Of a stretch of DNA of 64,000 nucleotides, positions 39,501 to 49,203 are shown piece after piece. The translations under genes and the position numbers were made by a program. The notes below the pieces were generated by a model, which searched no databases, was not told the DNA's origin, and worked only from the letters and a program-made list of their open reading frames with translations. This DNA comes from Elusimicrobia bacterium UBA6262 (GTDB lineage: Bacteria; CAYTYR01; UBA6262): assembly GCA_002441095.1 (NCBI GenBank), contig DJVG01000038.1, forward strand, positions 5,222 to 69,221, written 5' to 3'. Positions within the stretch are counted from its first letter, which is position 1. Each line of letters begins with the position of its first letter.

Positions 39501-41654
39501 GGTAATCGCCAAAATCCGCTGGTCAGCGGCACTATCCTGGTTCATGATTTTAGTTATGCCGGCCTGGCTCCCAGTGAAATCAGCTGCGAGTTCAAAATAA
39601 AAAATCGTATTATTACTTTTGATACATTGCGGGCGGAAACTAAGGAAGGCAAGCTTTATCTGGAAAAAGGCAGTACTGTAACCTTACAGGAACAAGAGGA
39701 CATAGCTTTTAATTGCCAACTTGGCTTACGTAATATTAAACTCAATCAGGTGGTGTTTTTTGGTGACTTAGCCATCAGCGGCAAGAAAGAAAATTGTTCT
39801 ATACTGGTCAAGAATCTGTGGGTTAATCAGCATCAATATAGCGGGGAAAAGATAGCCCTGAATTGGCAAGATGAGAAAATTGAATTTTTGCCGTCAGCGA
39901 ATAAAGAAAAATTGATCACAGGCACTATCTTCAGGCCGGCCAAGCAAGAATATGTGTTTGATAATATAGCCCTGTACACCAAAGGCCAGGCCGTAGTGAA
40001 TGCCAGCGGCAAGATAAAATATCCGCACCAGGTCAGCCTGGCCATTAGCACCCAGAACCAGGGGGTGATGGCCGGTACGGTTGCTGAGTTATTGGACTTG
40101 AAAATCCCGGTCACCGGCAGAGCTTTGTTTAACCTGGAGATACAAGGCCGCTGGACTAATCCGGAAATCGATTGCTCTTTCCAGTGCTATGAGGGCAAGA
40201 TCAGCGGGCTTGATTACAATAGTTTTAAGGGAGAGTTCGTGGTCAAGGATGGTCTCTTGACCCTGGCCGGCACGGAATTGCGCGGCAACAAAAGATACAA
40301 GGTGCAAGCTAAGGGCACTATACCGTTAAAGGAGCAGGGCGACTACAACCTCAAGATCAGCTTACCAGATAGTTCCTGCGAATTACTTGGCTTCTGGCCG
40401 GAATATATTAAAAAGGCTAGAGGGCCTTTAGCTGCAGAAGTGACTGTCACCGGGAAAAAAAGCAATCCTGTGTTTAACGGCATATGCTCTATCGATGGCG
40501 GGGAACTTTATCCGGCCAGGATAGTCAAAAAGATAACCGCAGCACAGGTAAGATTGCGGATCATTGACAATAAGATCAATATTGGCAGTTGTTCGGCTGC
40601 CATTGGGGACGCTACTTTGGCAGTGGCTGGTTATGTGGATTTAGGGATTTCCGCTCCGGGAGATTTTGACTTGACCATAAATGCCGGCGGCAAACGCGGC
40701 ATGCAAGTAGCTATCCCGGGTTTTATTGAAAGGGGAGAAATAAAAGGCGAGATGCATGCTTTTGGACAGTTTAAAGATTACCAGCTGGCCGGAAACATAA
40801 CTTTGGCCAATACCCATTTGACCTATCCGCCAAAAAAATCAGCGGCTGGTTTATCCTCTGCTGATTGGCTGGATTATGCGCATTGGAACCTGACCATCAC
40901 CGGGGGTGAAAATACCTGGTATGAAAATGAGTTAGTAGAAGTAAATGTTCAGGGCCACCTGGTTTTTACGGGACCGTCTGACCTCCTGAATATTTCTGGA
41001 CGGGTGGAAGCGGTGCGCGGCACTTTACAGTACCTGGGCAATGATTTCAGGATCAGGGAAGCTGCCCTTGATTTTTACAATAACACCGCTTATGTGGCTG
41101 GTACTGCTGAAGCCCAGGTAGCCCAGGATATGGTTATTTTTACGGTTAATAAGAATAAATTAGACGATGTTCGTCCCCGTTTCACCAGCCGCAACGACCC
41201 GCAGATGAGTGAACAAAAGGTGATCAGTATGCTCGTGTATGGGCCTGAGATTAACGAGCTGTCTGGCGAAGAACAGAGTAAGGTGCTCTTAAAAGAAATG
41301 CTCAAATTAGTGGATACAACCCTGAATACCAGGGTCATAAAGCCGGTGGTTAAAAACCTGGGCCTGGACCGGGTGATCGATGTGGTGCGCATCCGCACCG
41401 AAGTAACTCAGCATTCTGCAGAGAGCACGACTGGCCCGGCTTGGAAAGGGTCCAGCGTCAGTATCGGAAAATACCTGGGTTCTCGCGTTTTTCTTGGCTA
41501 TAATACGATCCTGGAAGAAGAACTTAATTCTAACAAGCTGGCTTTAAAGCACCAGGTAGAACTGGATTATCACCTGAAAGGGAGTAAATACTTAAAAATG
41601 AGGATTGATGAGAAAGAAAGATTCATGGGTATAGAAAATCAAATTAAATTCTGA
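36546..41654 (+). CDS. Large AsmA-like / TamB-family (DUF490) envelope protein, 1702 aa
   Basis: N-terminal TM anchor, long beta-taco-like repeats, C-terminal SIGKYLGSRVFLGY...QVELDYHL TamB-like end; immediately upstream of bamA. Confidence 0.8.
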   Translation: MTKSKKITVAITVSILLLLGFIFFQLVLTDLVSERFKEPLSRKLGQWVNKDVLIGQLKTNIFNSLTINGLTIYQPGNREEGPILEVREIAIRYNIWRLLKTRDFSRSIMEIVLFDPTVHLRYRQGQWNLNELMAKNLSPGRQLPYSLNINNGRISFHNEPGSLDQVSVNKIYGTVKPKTKTQISFRFKAITSLSQNDRLNIAGTYAIPQAVVEAEISGKKISLQKIPQVFPSLQLSTAQGEMSIKMSLHYDTLSQDGFSCQGTATLQEAEFKLVRVPDPVRDLSCTLEFDEKNINVRKSFFALANSSYLVSGSISDFLRQPVADLKLKAAAFDLSDLSRIFSSQDLHTLNLAGKGRLTLAITGPLPGIKIISDLAMTKGHLQGSPLKDLKFQAVWQHNLLTINTCQARLAGGDLAVSAKIKLGTDLPLEIYELNASGLHLNLEQLFKNNFSGSMDTYITVKGIWPEVDAQGRIMVKKFSFAGYDLGPGDASFQYRQHNLSFSGLRLNTKDTIRGLVRFKEKLVQIDNLGIAFANGGNLGVQGEIQTSKGQPILLNLTGKNMPVEELSSLLGLSNLHGTVNSHGKIHGTLTAPAAQLTISGSELLAGAHKIVLAGNCLITREKLEFPELKINHDSKIKGTITFKPKPLVDLNFQPVNLELGILLSVVGFDSGGELNGLSTGYLNLNGVPGALEARGNFKIEALQLWNLVLGTAQSTVVFSQKKIFQGTISTLAKNGTLQGSWWVDLQKDKENKAEVIFDFDRFQSIFPGTSYETPQLDGRIKYAGWLKYNGQTAFSGKLSSESLTINKQPQEITGQISSQKKQIILKAQMGKAYILETTVLLQDQPRIKGSLHIGLDNIAQANTMWQVKGLEKMTGPLRIEADITGTLNDPVIKGSLAGGRGIWRGVSYDQITGLWRCQASILHVTNLEFKKGPEEYLAAGKIPFNAESPWWFNIQVNQADFANLVQLVTDPGETKGQVQAEVKITGNRQNPLVSGTILVHDFSYAGLAPSEISCEFKIKNRIITFDTLRAETKEGKLYLEKGSTVTLQEQEDIAFNCQLGLRNIKLNQVVFFGDLAISGKKENCSILVKNLWVNQHQYSGEKIALNWQDEKIEFLPSANKEKLITGTIFRPAKQEYVFDNIALYTKGQAVVNASGKIKYPHQVSLAISTQNQGVMAGTVAELLDLKIPVTGRALFNLEIQGRWTNPEIDCSFQCYEGKISGLDYNSFKGEFVVKDGLLTLAGTELRGNKRYKVQAKGTIPLKEQGDYNLKISLPDSSCELLGFWPEYIKKARGPLAAEVTVTGKKSNPVFNGICSIDGGELYPARIVKKITAAQVRLRIIDNKINIGSCSAAIGDATLAVAGYVDLGISAPGDFDLTINAGGKRGMQVAIPGFIERGEIKGEMHAFGQFKDYQLAGNITLANTHLTYPPKKSAAGLSSADWLDYAHWNLTITGGENTWYENELVEVNVQGHLVFTGPSDLLNISGRVEAVRGTLQYLGNDFRIREAALDFYNNTAYVAGTAEAQVAQDMVIFTVNKNKLDDVRPRFTSRNDPQMSEQKVISMLVYGPEINELSGEEQSKVLLKEMLKLVDTTLNTRVIKPVVKNLGLDRVIDVVRIRTEVTQHSAESTTGPAWKGSSVSIGKYLGSRVFLGYNTILEEELNSNKLALKHQVELDYHLKGSKYLKMRIDEKERFMGIENQIKF

Positions 41655-41716
41655 TAAATAACTTGGAAAAACAGCTATTTTATGATAAAATAAAAAAATA
41701 CGCAAAGGGGGATTAA

Positions 41717-44152
41717 TTGAAGAATAGATTGCATCAAAGGATGGCTCGAGGGATCATAATTTTATGTTTATTAACAGGTGTTGGATATGTTCCAGCCCAG
41801 GCGGCTGAACTGCCTGCTGTTAAGATGGCAGAAGATGGGGTTGCTCCGGCCCTGAGCGGCGCGGCAACTACTGCTTTTGGCAGCAACACTGAATCACCAG
41901 AGGGTAAAAAGATAATAGAAGTATTGATCAGCGGCTTGAAAAATGTACCTATGAAAAAAGTCTGGGATGTGACTAAAACCCGTAAAGGCCAGACCTATAA
42001 GCAGGAAAATGTGGATAACGATTTACGGAGCATGTTTGATTTGAACTTTTTCTCTTCCATTAATGTAGAGGCTGTTGATAAAGCAGGAGGCCTCCAGGTA
42101 GTTTTTATTGTCGTGGAAAAAAGTATTATAAAACAGATAGATTTTAAAGGCAACAAGGCTTTTAAAGCATCAGCCCTGAAGGATGAAGTCACTTTGAAAG
42201 AAAAAGAAGCGGTTGATGAAGGCAAAATGGAAGAATCGAAACACAAGATAGTTACCAAATATAAGGACAAAGGTTATGCGGAAGTTAAAGTAGAAACCTT
42301 TACCTCAGACTTGGGTGAGGGTACACAAACCTTGACTTTTTTCATCACCGAAGGAAATAAAATAAAAATACAGCAGGTGCCCGTGATCGGCAATCAATTC
42401 CTGACGGTTAAGAAAATCCAAAGAATAACAAAAATAAGGCCGGGTAAAATTTATAAAGAGGAAACACTGAATAAAGGGATAGAAGACCTGGGAAAGTACT
42501 ACCGGAAAAAGGGTTTTTATAATTTTAAGATGGATGAGCCCCAGATAGCTTATAATGAAGATCATTCGCAGATGACGGTTACCATTACCGTAAGCGAAGG
42601 ATTGCGTTACCGGATCGGCAAGATTACCTTTAGCGGGAATACGGTGCTGGCAGAAAAGGATTTCCGGAAGGACTTAACAGTTAAAGAGACCAGGTTATTC
42701 AACCAGGATAATTTTGACCAGGCCACAGCTAATATCCAGGCTATGTATGCGGATAAAGGTTATGTTTTTGCCCGGATAAATCCAAAAGTGACGACTCATG
42801 ATGATGCCCTGGCTATGGATATTGAATATCAGATCGCGGAAGGGCCGATGGCTTATGTCGGGCAGGTGGAGATCGCGGGTAATGAGATCACGAAGGATTA
42901 TGTGATTCAGCGGGAAATCTTGTTAACCCAGGGTGCTCCACTGAGCATGAACAGGGTGCGCCGCAGCCAGGAACGGTTGTATAATCTGGGTTTCTTCGAA
43001 GATGTTGGCTTGGACACTAAGCCAAACCAGGAAAAACCGGAGGAACAGCTGGATTTGATCTTTAATGTCAAAGAAAAATCACAGGTTAATGTGCTCAGTT
43101 TAGGATTGGGATATAGCACGGTGGATAAGGTAGTAGGCAATATGCAGGTGCAGATCAATAACCTCCTGGGCCGCGGCCAGCGGGTCAATGTGACGTATGA
43201 GATCGGTTCACTGCGGCAAAGTTATGAAGTCAGTTTTTTTGAACCGTGGTTCCTCCGTTCTTTTTATTCGTTCGGAGCCAATGTCTTTGATACCCGCCGG
43301 GAAAAGAACTATTATTGGACCCAGACTGTCGATGACCTGGGCCAGGCTATACCAGCAGACCAGCAGCCAAAGAAAATTGATTATTATGCCGAAACCAGGT
43401 CTGGCGGTGGTATCAGTTTTGGCCGCCGGTTCGGAGAAATATATAATATTTCCACAGGATATTCTTATGAAGGCATATCTATAAATAATCTGACTGAGCG
43501 GGGCAAGCTCAGCGATACCATGAGGGCAGAAGTTGACCGCGGTACCGTGGAAACCAGCATGGTTTCTTTGGGCTTATCCAGGGATACCAGGGATAATGTT
43601 TTCGATACGACCACCGGTTCTAGGCATCTCCTGAAGTACAGCGTGGCTGGTGGTTTATTGGCAGGAGACAACGATTTCCAAAAACTTACCCTGGAAACAG
43701 CCTGGTTTTTCCCCAGTTTCTGGAAATTTGTCTGGGGCGTGCGCGGGATGTTCGGGGTGGTTAATAGATACAGTGACAGTGTTACTGTGCCGCTCTATGA
43801 ACGGTTCTACCTGGGTGGTGCGGAAACGGTGCGGGGCTATGAATACTCGGGCGAAATCGGGGAGATTGGCGGCGGCAAGTTTGTCACTCTCCTGAACCTG
43901 GAATATAGTTTCCCCATTTTCAGGGAAAAAAGACAGACCATCCTCCGGGGCGCATTTTTCTATGATGCCGGTAATACCTGGAGTACAACCAAGCTGGGAC
44001 ATTATGATTACGCCTTAAAGCAAGGGGTTGGATTTAGCTTACGTTTTACCTTACCTATGTTCCCGATCAGGTTTGACTGGGGCTACGGCCTGAATCATCG
44101 CGAAGGCGAACCGAAGTCACAATTTTATTTCAGCATCGGACCAGTATTCTAA
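41717..44152 (+). CDS. bamA: Outer-membrane protein assembly factor BamA
   Basis: POTRA repeats, LYNLGFFEDV, NLLGRGQ, FYLGGAETVRGY, terminal FYFSIGPVF. Confidence 0.96.
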   Translation: MKNRLHQRMARGIIILCLLTGVGYVPAQAAELPAVKMAEDGVAPALSGAATTAFGSNTESPEGKKIIEVLISGLKNVPMKKVWDVTKTRKGQTYKQENVDNDLRSMFDLNFFSSINVEAVDKAGGLQVVFIVVEKSIIKQIDFKGNKAFKASALKDEVTLKEKEAVDEGKMEESKHKIVTKYKDKGYAEVKVETFTSDLGEGTQTLTFFITEGNKIKIQQVPVIGNQFLTVKKIQRITKIRPGKIYKEETLNKGIEDLGKYYRKKGFYNFKMDEPQIAYNEDHSQMTVTITVSEGLRYRIGKITFSGNTVLAEKDFRKDLTVKETRLFNQDNFDQATANIQAMYADKGYVFARINPKVTTHDDALAMDIEYQIAEGPMAYVGQVEIAGNEITKDYVIQREILLTQGAPLSMNRVRRSQERLYNLGFFEDVGLDTKPNQEKPEEQLDLIFNVKEKSQVNVLSLGLGYSTVDKVVGNMQVQINNLLGRGQRVNVTYEIGSLRQSYEVSFFEPWFLRSFYSFGANVFDTRREKNYYWTQTVDDLGQAIPADQQPKKIDYYAETRSGGGISFGRRFGEIYNISTGYSYEGISINNLTERGKLSDTMRAEVDRGTVETSMVSLGLSRDTRDNVFDTTTGSRHLLKYSVAGGLLAGDNDFQKLTLETAWFFPSFWKFVWGVRGMFGVVNRYSDSVTVPLYERFYLGGAETVRGYEYSGEIGEIGGGKFVTLLNLEYSFPIFREKRQTILRGAFFYDAGNTWSTTKLGHYDYALKQGVGFSLRFTLPMFPIRFDWGYGLNHREGEPKSQFYFSIGPVF

Positions 44153-44159
44153 AAATAAA

Positions 44160-44240
44160 AGTTACGAGTTGGCGTGTTGCGAGTTACGAGTTAAGGCAGA
44201 TATAGATCTTCAAAACTCGCAACCTGGAACTCGCAACTGT
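44160..44240. repeat. Degenerate micro-repeat palindrome (GAGTT/AACTC family)
   Basis: gttacgagtt/gttgcgagtt units then aactcgcaac units; half copy at 53207-53239. Confidence 0.75.
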
Positions 44241-44259
44241 ATTAAAGAGGAGGAAACTG

Positions 44260-44877
44260 ATGAAAAGACTCATTGCGGTAATCATGACCGGAGCAATATT
44301 AACTACCGCGGGATTAGTCCTGGCGGCGGGATTAAAGATCGGGTATGTTAATATTGCCTCTATTTTTGATAAGTATTCAGGGACCGCGAATGCAAAATTG
44401 GTCTTGGAAAAAGAGATTAAGGCAAAGCAGGATACGATACAGCAAATGAGTGATGACGTTAAAAATCTGCGGGAAAGCCTGGATCTGTCAGCCAGCACGC
44501 TCTCACTGGAAGATAAGAGGATTAGAGCCCAGGAAATAGACCGCAAGGGACTGGAATTACAGAAATTTACGGAAGAATCGGAGAATGAACTCTCCAGGAA
44601 AGAAGCTAATTATACCCAGGATATCCTGGCTAGGATACATGCCGCAGTGCAAAAAGTGGGAAAAGAAAAAGGATTTTCACTGGTCCTTGATAAAAGCAGC
44701 GTAATTTTTGGTATAGATTCCTGGGATATTACTGAAAATGTCCTGAAAACTATAGAGGGGGGCGTTGTCCCCCTGAGCAGTTCTACTACCGGCTATTTGC
44801 CTGTTCCTGATCAAGAGCCGTTGCCGTCTAAGCGAGAAGATAATTCGCCATATCGTTTAAATATTAAAGAGGATTAA
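44260..44877 (+). CDS. skp: OmpH/Skp periplasmic chaperone
   Basis: Signal peptide, KIGYVNI, coiled coils, DITENVL; located between bamA and lpxD. Confidence 0.9.
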   Translation: MKRLIAVIMTGAILTTAGLVLAAGLKIGYVNIASIFDKYSGTANAKLVLEKEIKAKQDTIQQMSDDVKNLRESLDLSASTLSLEDKRIRAQEIDRKGLELQKFTEESENELSRKEANYTQDILARIHAAVQKVGKEKGFSLVLDKSSVIFGIDSWDITENVLKTIEGGVVPLSSSTTGYLPVPDQEPLPSKREDNSPYRLNIKED

Positions 44878-44906
44878 TAAAGAGATTTAGGAGACAGGAT
44901 ACTATT

Positions 44907-45953
44907 ATGGAAAAAACACTGGCTGAGTTAGCTGCCCTGGTCGGCGGCAAGATATTGGGAGATCCGGAATTATTGATCAGAGGTGTGGCCGGCATCAAGG
45001 AAGCGAAAAAGGATGAAATTACTTTTTTGTCTAATCCCCGCTACAGCAAGGAATTGGCGCAGACTGAGGCTGGGGCCATCATTGTTTCTCCAGAAGCGCC
45101 AGTACCTGGCCTGGCAGCCATTATCTGTGATAATCCCTATCTGGCTTTTGCCAGGATATTAGGAATTTTCTATCCCGCCGAAACAGTGATCCCGGCAGGA
45201 ATTCATGCTTCAGCGGTGATTAGCCCGCAAGCAAAATTAGGCGCTAATATAGCCATCGGCCCATTTGTGGTAGTAGAGGAAGGCGCAATTATTGGCGATG
45301 AAACTGTTATTTACCCGGGAACCTATATTGGCAAAAGTTCAAAAATCGGTAACGCTTGCCTGTTCTATGCCAATATTTCCATCAGGGAAAAAGTGAGCAT
45401 CGGTAATCAGGTAATTATCCATTCCGGGGCAGTCATAGGCAGTGATGGCTTTGGTTTTGTCCCCAGTAACGGGGAAAATGTAAAAATACCACAAGTCGGT
45501 ACGGTAATAGTAGAAGACAATGTCGAAATCGGTGCGCATGTTTGTATCGCCCGGGGCACTCTCGGGAATACCGTGATCGGCGCCGGGACGAAAATTGATA
45601 ATTTAGTGCAAATTGCCCATAATGTGAAGATCGGCCGTAATTGTATTATTGTGGCCCAGGCCGGTATTTCCGGCAGTACTACGGTAGAAGATAATGTGAC
45701 CATTGCCGGGCAGGCTGGCATCGTCGGTCATATTACTATTGGCAAAGGCAGCATTGTGGCGGCCCAGGCGGGAGTGACCAAAGATGTCCTGCCTAAGGAA
45801 ATAGTGAGCGGATATCCGGCCCAGCCGCACCAATTAGCTAAAAGGATCAATGCCGAAATGAATAGACTGCCGCAATTGAACCAAAAGGTGAGAGAATTGG
45901 AAAAAAGGATCGCCGAACTCGAAAAAAATAATAAACCAGCGACTGGTGACTAG
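44907..45953 (+). CDS. lpxD: UDP-3-O-acyl-glucosamine N-acyltransferase
   Basis: Hexapeptide repeats, IGSDGFGF, KIDNLVQIAHNV. Confidence 0.97.
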   Translation: MEKTLAELAALVGGKILGDPELLIRGVAGIKEAKKDEITFLSNPRYSKELAQTEAGAIIVSPEAPVPGLAAIICDNPYLAFARILGIFYPAETVIPAGIHASAVISPQAKLGANIAIGPFVVVEEGAIIGDETVIYPGTYIGKSSKIGNACLFYANISIREKVSIGNQVIIHSGAVIGSDGFGFVPSNGENVKIPQVGTVIVEDNVEIGAHVCIARGTLGNTVIGAGTKIDNLVQIAHNVKIGRNCIIVAQAGISGSTTVEDNVTIAGQAGIVGHITIGKGSIVAAQAGVTKDVLPKEIVSGYPAQPHQLAKRINAEMNRLPQLNQKVRELEKRIAELEKNNKPATGD

Positions 45954-45981
45954 CGACCAGCGACTGTATTTTGGAGGCCTA

Positions 45982-47319
45982 ATGGAAAAACAAAAAACCC
46001 TTAAAGAACCGGTTTCATTTTCAGGCATAGGGTTGCATACCGGAAGCACTACGACTATTACTTTCAAACCGGCTCCGGTCAATACCGGCATTAAATTTAT
46101 TCGTGTTGACCAGCCTAATTCCGGCGAGATCGCTGCTGATATCAAAAACCTGATCGATGTTAAGCGAGGGACAAATATCGGTTTAGGCAACGTGAAAGTA
46201 CATACTGTGGAGCATATTCTATCTGCACTTTCCGGCCTGGGTATTGATAATATTTACATCGAAATTAATGCTAATGAACCACCAGTGGGGGATGGCAGCG
46301 CCTTGCCTTTTATCCAGACTTTGCAGAAAACCAGTATGGTAGAACAGGATGCTCCCCGTAAGTATTATGAACTGAAAGAACCGGTATATTATGTACATGA
46401 GGATACCAGCATTATTGCCCTGCCGGCCGCTGATTTTAAAGTGAGCCTGACTATGGTTTACAATCATCCGTTGGTAAAATCCCAGCATGCCAGCTTCACT
46501 GTTACTCCGGAAACTTTTATTAAGGAATTGGCCCCGGCCAGGACATTTTGTTTTGATTTTGAAATAGAAACCTTGAAAAAACAGGGCTTAGCCAAGGGCG
46601 GTAACCTGACCAACGCGGTAGTGATCGGGGAGAAAGACATCCATAATGAACTGCGTTTTCCGGATGAATTTGTCAGGCATAAGATCCTGGACTTGATCGG
46701 TGATTTTTACCTGCTCGGCCAACCCCTGAAAGCGCATATCATTGCGGTTAAATGCGGGCATCCATCAAATGTGGCTTTTGTGCAAAAGCTGAGGGAATTG
46801 AAAGCAAAAGAAGCCTCGCCAACACTAAAAGAACCCAAGGGTGCGGCCCAAAAGAATGACCGGTACGCTGATTTGGATCTGGATAAGCCGTTAATGGATA
46901 TTAATGAAGTGCAGAAAGTATTGCCCCACCGGCCGCCCTTCCTGCTGGTGGACAAAATACTGAAGATCGAAGAAGATAAAAAAGCTATCGGTTTAAAAAA
47001 TGTCACTATTAACGAGGATTTTTTCCGGGGCCATTTCCCCGGACATCCCGTCATGCCGGGTGTATTACTGATTGAGTCTATGGCCCAGGTAGCCGGCGTA
47101 TTATTGCTAAAGAAAAGTGAAAATGCCGGCAAACTGGCTTATTTTATGACCATCGATAAAGTGAAATTCCGCCAGACTGTTGTGCCGGGAGATACCATCT
47201 TCTTTGAAGCGGAATTGTTAAAAGTAAAAAGTAAGACCGGTATAGTCAGCGGAAAAGCTTATATTAACAGTAAATTAGTAGCTGAAGCAGAGTTTATGTT
47301 CACCCTGGTAGACAGATAG
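45982..47319 (+). CDS. lpxC: Bifunctional LpxC-FabZ
   Basis: GIGLHTG, TVEHILSAL, RHKILDLIGD (LpxC), then LPHRPPFLLVD, FFRGHFPGHPVMPGVL (FabZ); ATG after ggagg. Confidence 0.97.
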   Translation: MEKQKTLKEPVSFSGIGLHTGSTTTITFKPAPVNTGIKFIRVDQPNSGEIAADIKNLIDVKRGTNIGLGNVKVHTVEHILSALSGLGIDNIYIEINANEPPVGDGSALPFIQTLQKTSMVEQDAPRKYYELKEPVYYVHEDTSIIALPAADFKVSLTMVYNHPLVKSQHASFTVTPETFIKELAPARTFCFDFEIETLKKQGLAKGGNLTNAVVIGEKDIHNELRFPDEFVRHKILDLIGDFYLLGQPLKAHIIAVKCGHPSNVAFVQKLRELKAKEASPTLKEPKGAAQKNDRYADLDLDKPLMDINEVQKVLPHRPPFLLVDKILKIEEDKKAIGLKNVTINEDFFRGHFPGHPVMPGVLLIESMAQVAGVLLLKKSENAGKLAYFMTIDKVKFRQTVVPGDTIFFEAELLKVKSKTGIVSGKAYINSKLVAEAEFMFTLVDR

Positions 47320-47338
47320 AGTGCACGAATAAAGGCCT

Positions 47339-47374
47339 AATGCCTGCCTGCCGGTAGGCAGGATAGCTAATATC
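47339..47374. repeat. 36-bp REP-like palindrome, copy 1
   Basis: aatgcctgcctgccggtaggcaggatagctaatatc; identical copy at 50206-50241. Confidence 0.85.
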
Positions 47375-47400
47375 ATAATTAGTGTTTCCCGGAGGAAAAG

Positions 47401-48174
47401 ATGAAGGTTCATAAGACAGCGCTGGTACATCCTGATGCCATTATTGGCGAAAACGTGGAAGTAGGGCCTTTCGCGATCATTGGCAAAGATGTGAAGATCG
47501 GCAAGAACACGAAAATTGAAGCCAATGCCGTGATCGATGGCGACACAGAAATTGGCGAAGATTGCCATATTTTTACCGGAGCAGCTATCGGCACACCGCC
47601 GCAGGACCTGAAATACCGGGGTGAAAGAACGAAGGTAATTATCGGGAATCGTAATGTGATCCGCGAGTATGTGACCATCAACCGCGGGACTGTGGCAGTA
47701 GGCGAGACTAAGATCGGCGATAATAACCTGTTCATGGCTTATGCCCATGTTGCTCATGATTGTGTGATCGGCAACTATGTGGTACTGGCTAACAATGCAA
47801 CCCTGGCCGGCCATGTCGTGATAGAGGACCGGGCAGTTATCGGCGGCATGACGCCAATTCACCAGTTCTGCCGGATCGGCACTTTTGCTATCCTGGGCGG
47901 CGGTTCACGGACGAATAAAGATATACCTCCATATTGCAAAGCTGCCGGCAGCCCGATCAGAATGTATGGACTGAATACTATTGCCCTGGAAAGAAATAAT
48001 TTTTCACAGGATGTGCGCAACCAGCTGAAAAAAGCGTATAAGATCTTTTTCCGTTCCAAAATGAATACTACTCAAGCCTTAGCCCAGCTGAAAAAGGAAA
48101 CTAACTGGTGTGATGAAGTAAAATATTTTATCCAGTTTATTGCCGAGTCTGAAAGAGGAATCACGAAAGAATAA
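47401..48174 (+). CDS. lpxA: Acyl-ACP--UDP-N-acetylglucosamine O-acyltransferase
   Basis: PQDLKY, IREYVTINRGT, AHVAHDC, HQFCRIG. Confidence 0.97.
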   Translation: MKVHKTALVHPDAIIGENVEVGPFAIIGKDVKIGKNTKIEANAVIDGDTEIGEDCHIFTGAAIGTPPQDLKYRGERTKVIIGNRNVIREYVTINRGTVAVGETKIGDNNLFMAYAHVAHDCVIGNYVVLANNATLAGHVVIEDRAVIGGMTPIHQFCRIGTFAILGGGSRTNKDIPPYCKAAGSPIRMYGLNTIALERNNFSQDVRNQLKKAYKIFFRSKMNTTQALAQLKKETNWCDEVKYFIQFIAESERGITKE

Positions 48175-48179
48175 TTAAA

Positions 48180-48305
48180 CAGTTGATAGTTTCAGCCAGA
48201 GGCTGATCCGCCTTTGGCGGAGATTGTTGATAGTTCATTGAAAAAGCTTTTTCTATCAACTACGACCCGCCAAAGTTCGTTGGCGGGGGACTATCAACTA
48301 TGAAC
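48180..48305. repeat. GTTGATAG/CTATCAAC micro-repeat palindrome containing copy 2 of the 48-bp twin hairpin (48187-48234) and a cccgcca/tggcggg hairpin
   Basis: Direct inspection; the 48-bp segment matches 11006-11053. Confidence 0.8.
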
Positions 48306-48330
48306 TAAATCAAGTTAGGTTGGCTAAATT

Positions 48331-49203
48331 ATGCCGGAAGAAAAAAAGATTGGACTCATAGCCGGTAACGGTGACTATCCGCTGCATTTTGCCAAAGCAG
48401 CCAAGGCCCAGGGTAAAACGATCATTACTGTTGCCTTAGAAGGTGAAACCGATCCTGAGCTGAAAACGCTGGTGGACAGCTTCACCTGGGTGGGCCTGGG
48501 GCAATTGAATAAATTGATCGATATTTTCAAAAAAGAGAAAATCACCCGGGTCGTAATGGCCGGGCAAGTGAAACATTTCCGTCTTTTTGACCTGTTAAGA
48601 CTTGATCTCAGGGCTGCCGCGCTGCTGAAACGGCTGCCGAACAAAAAAGCAGATACGATCCTGGGCGGGGTAGCCGCAGAACTGGACAAAGAAGGCATTG
48701 CCTTGGTTGATTCCAGGATATTTTTAGAGAAATTCATCCCGCCGGCCGGGGTCTTGACCAAGGGCAGGCCAAGTAAGGAACAAGAAAAGGATATCGAATT
48801 TGGCCTGAAGATCGCCAAGGGCATTGCTGCCCTGGATGTCGGCCAGACAATTGTAGTTAAGGACCGGGCGGTCCTGGCAGTGGAAGCGATGGAAGGCACG
48901 GACCAGACGATCTTGCGCGGCGGTAAGATCGGTAAGGGCGAGGTAGTGGTAGTGAAAGTATCCAAGCCCAACCAGGATTTCCGTTTTGATGTGCCGATCA
49001 TTGGTGAAAACACAATTGCCGTCTTGCACGAAGCCGGGGCCGGGGTTTTGGCTTTTTGCGCCGGGGAAACACTGGTACTCAATATAGAACGGGTTATCGA
49101 ATTAGCAAACGAATATAAAATCTGTTTAGTAGCTATAAAGAGAATTACCAATGACCAAAATCCAATGACAAATCAAATCCCAATTTCTAATTCAAATTGG
49201 TAA
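48331..49203 (+). CDS. lpxI: UDP-2,3-diacylglucosamine pyrophosphatase LpxI
   Basis: IGLIAGNGDYP, LDVGQTIVV, AVEAMEGTD, KPNQDFRFDVPIIG; follows lpxA. Confidence 0.92.
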   Translation: MPEEKKIGLIAGNGDYPLHFAKAAKAQGKTIITVALEGETDPELKTLVDSFTWVGLGQLNKLIDIFKKEKITRVVMAGQVKHFRLFDLLRLDLRAAALLKRLPNKKADTILGGVAAELDKEGIALVDSRIFLEKFIPPAGVLTKGRPSKEQEKDIEFGLKIAKGIAALDVGQTIVVKDRAVLAVEAMEGTDQTILRGGKIGKGEVVVVKVSKPNQDFRFDVPIIGENTIAVLHEAGAGVLAFCAGETLVLNIERVIELANEYKICLVAIKRITNDQNPMTNQIPISNSNW

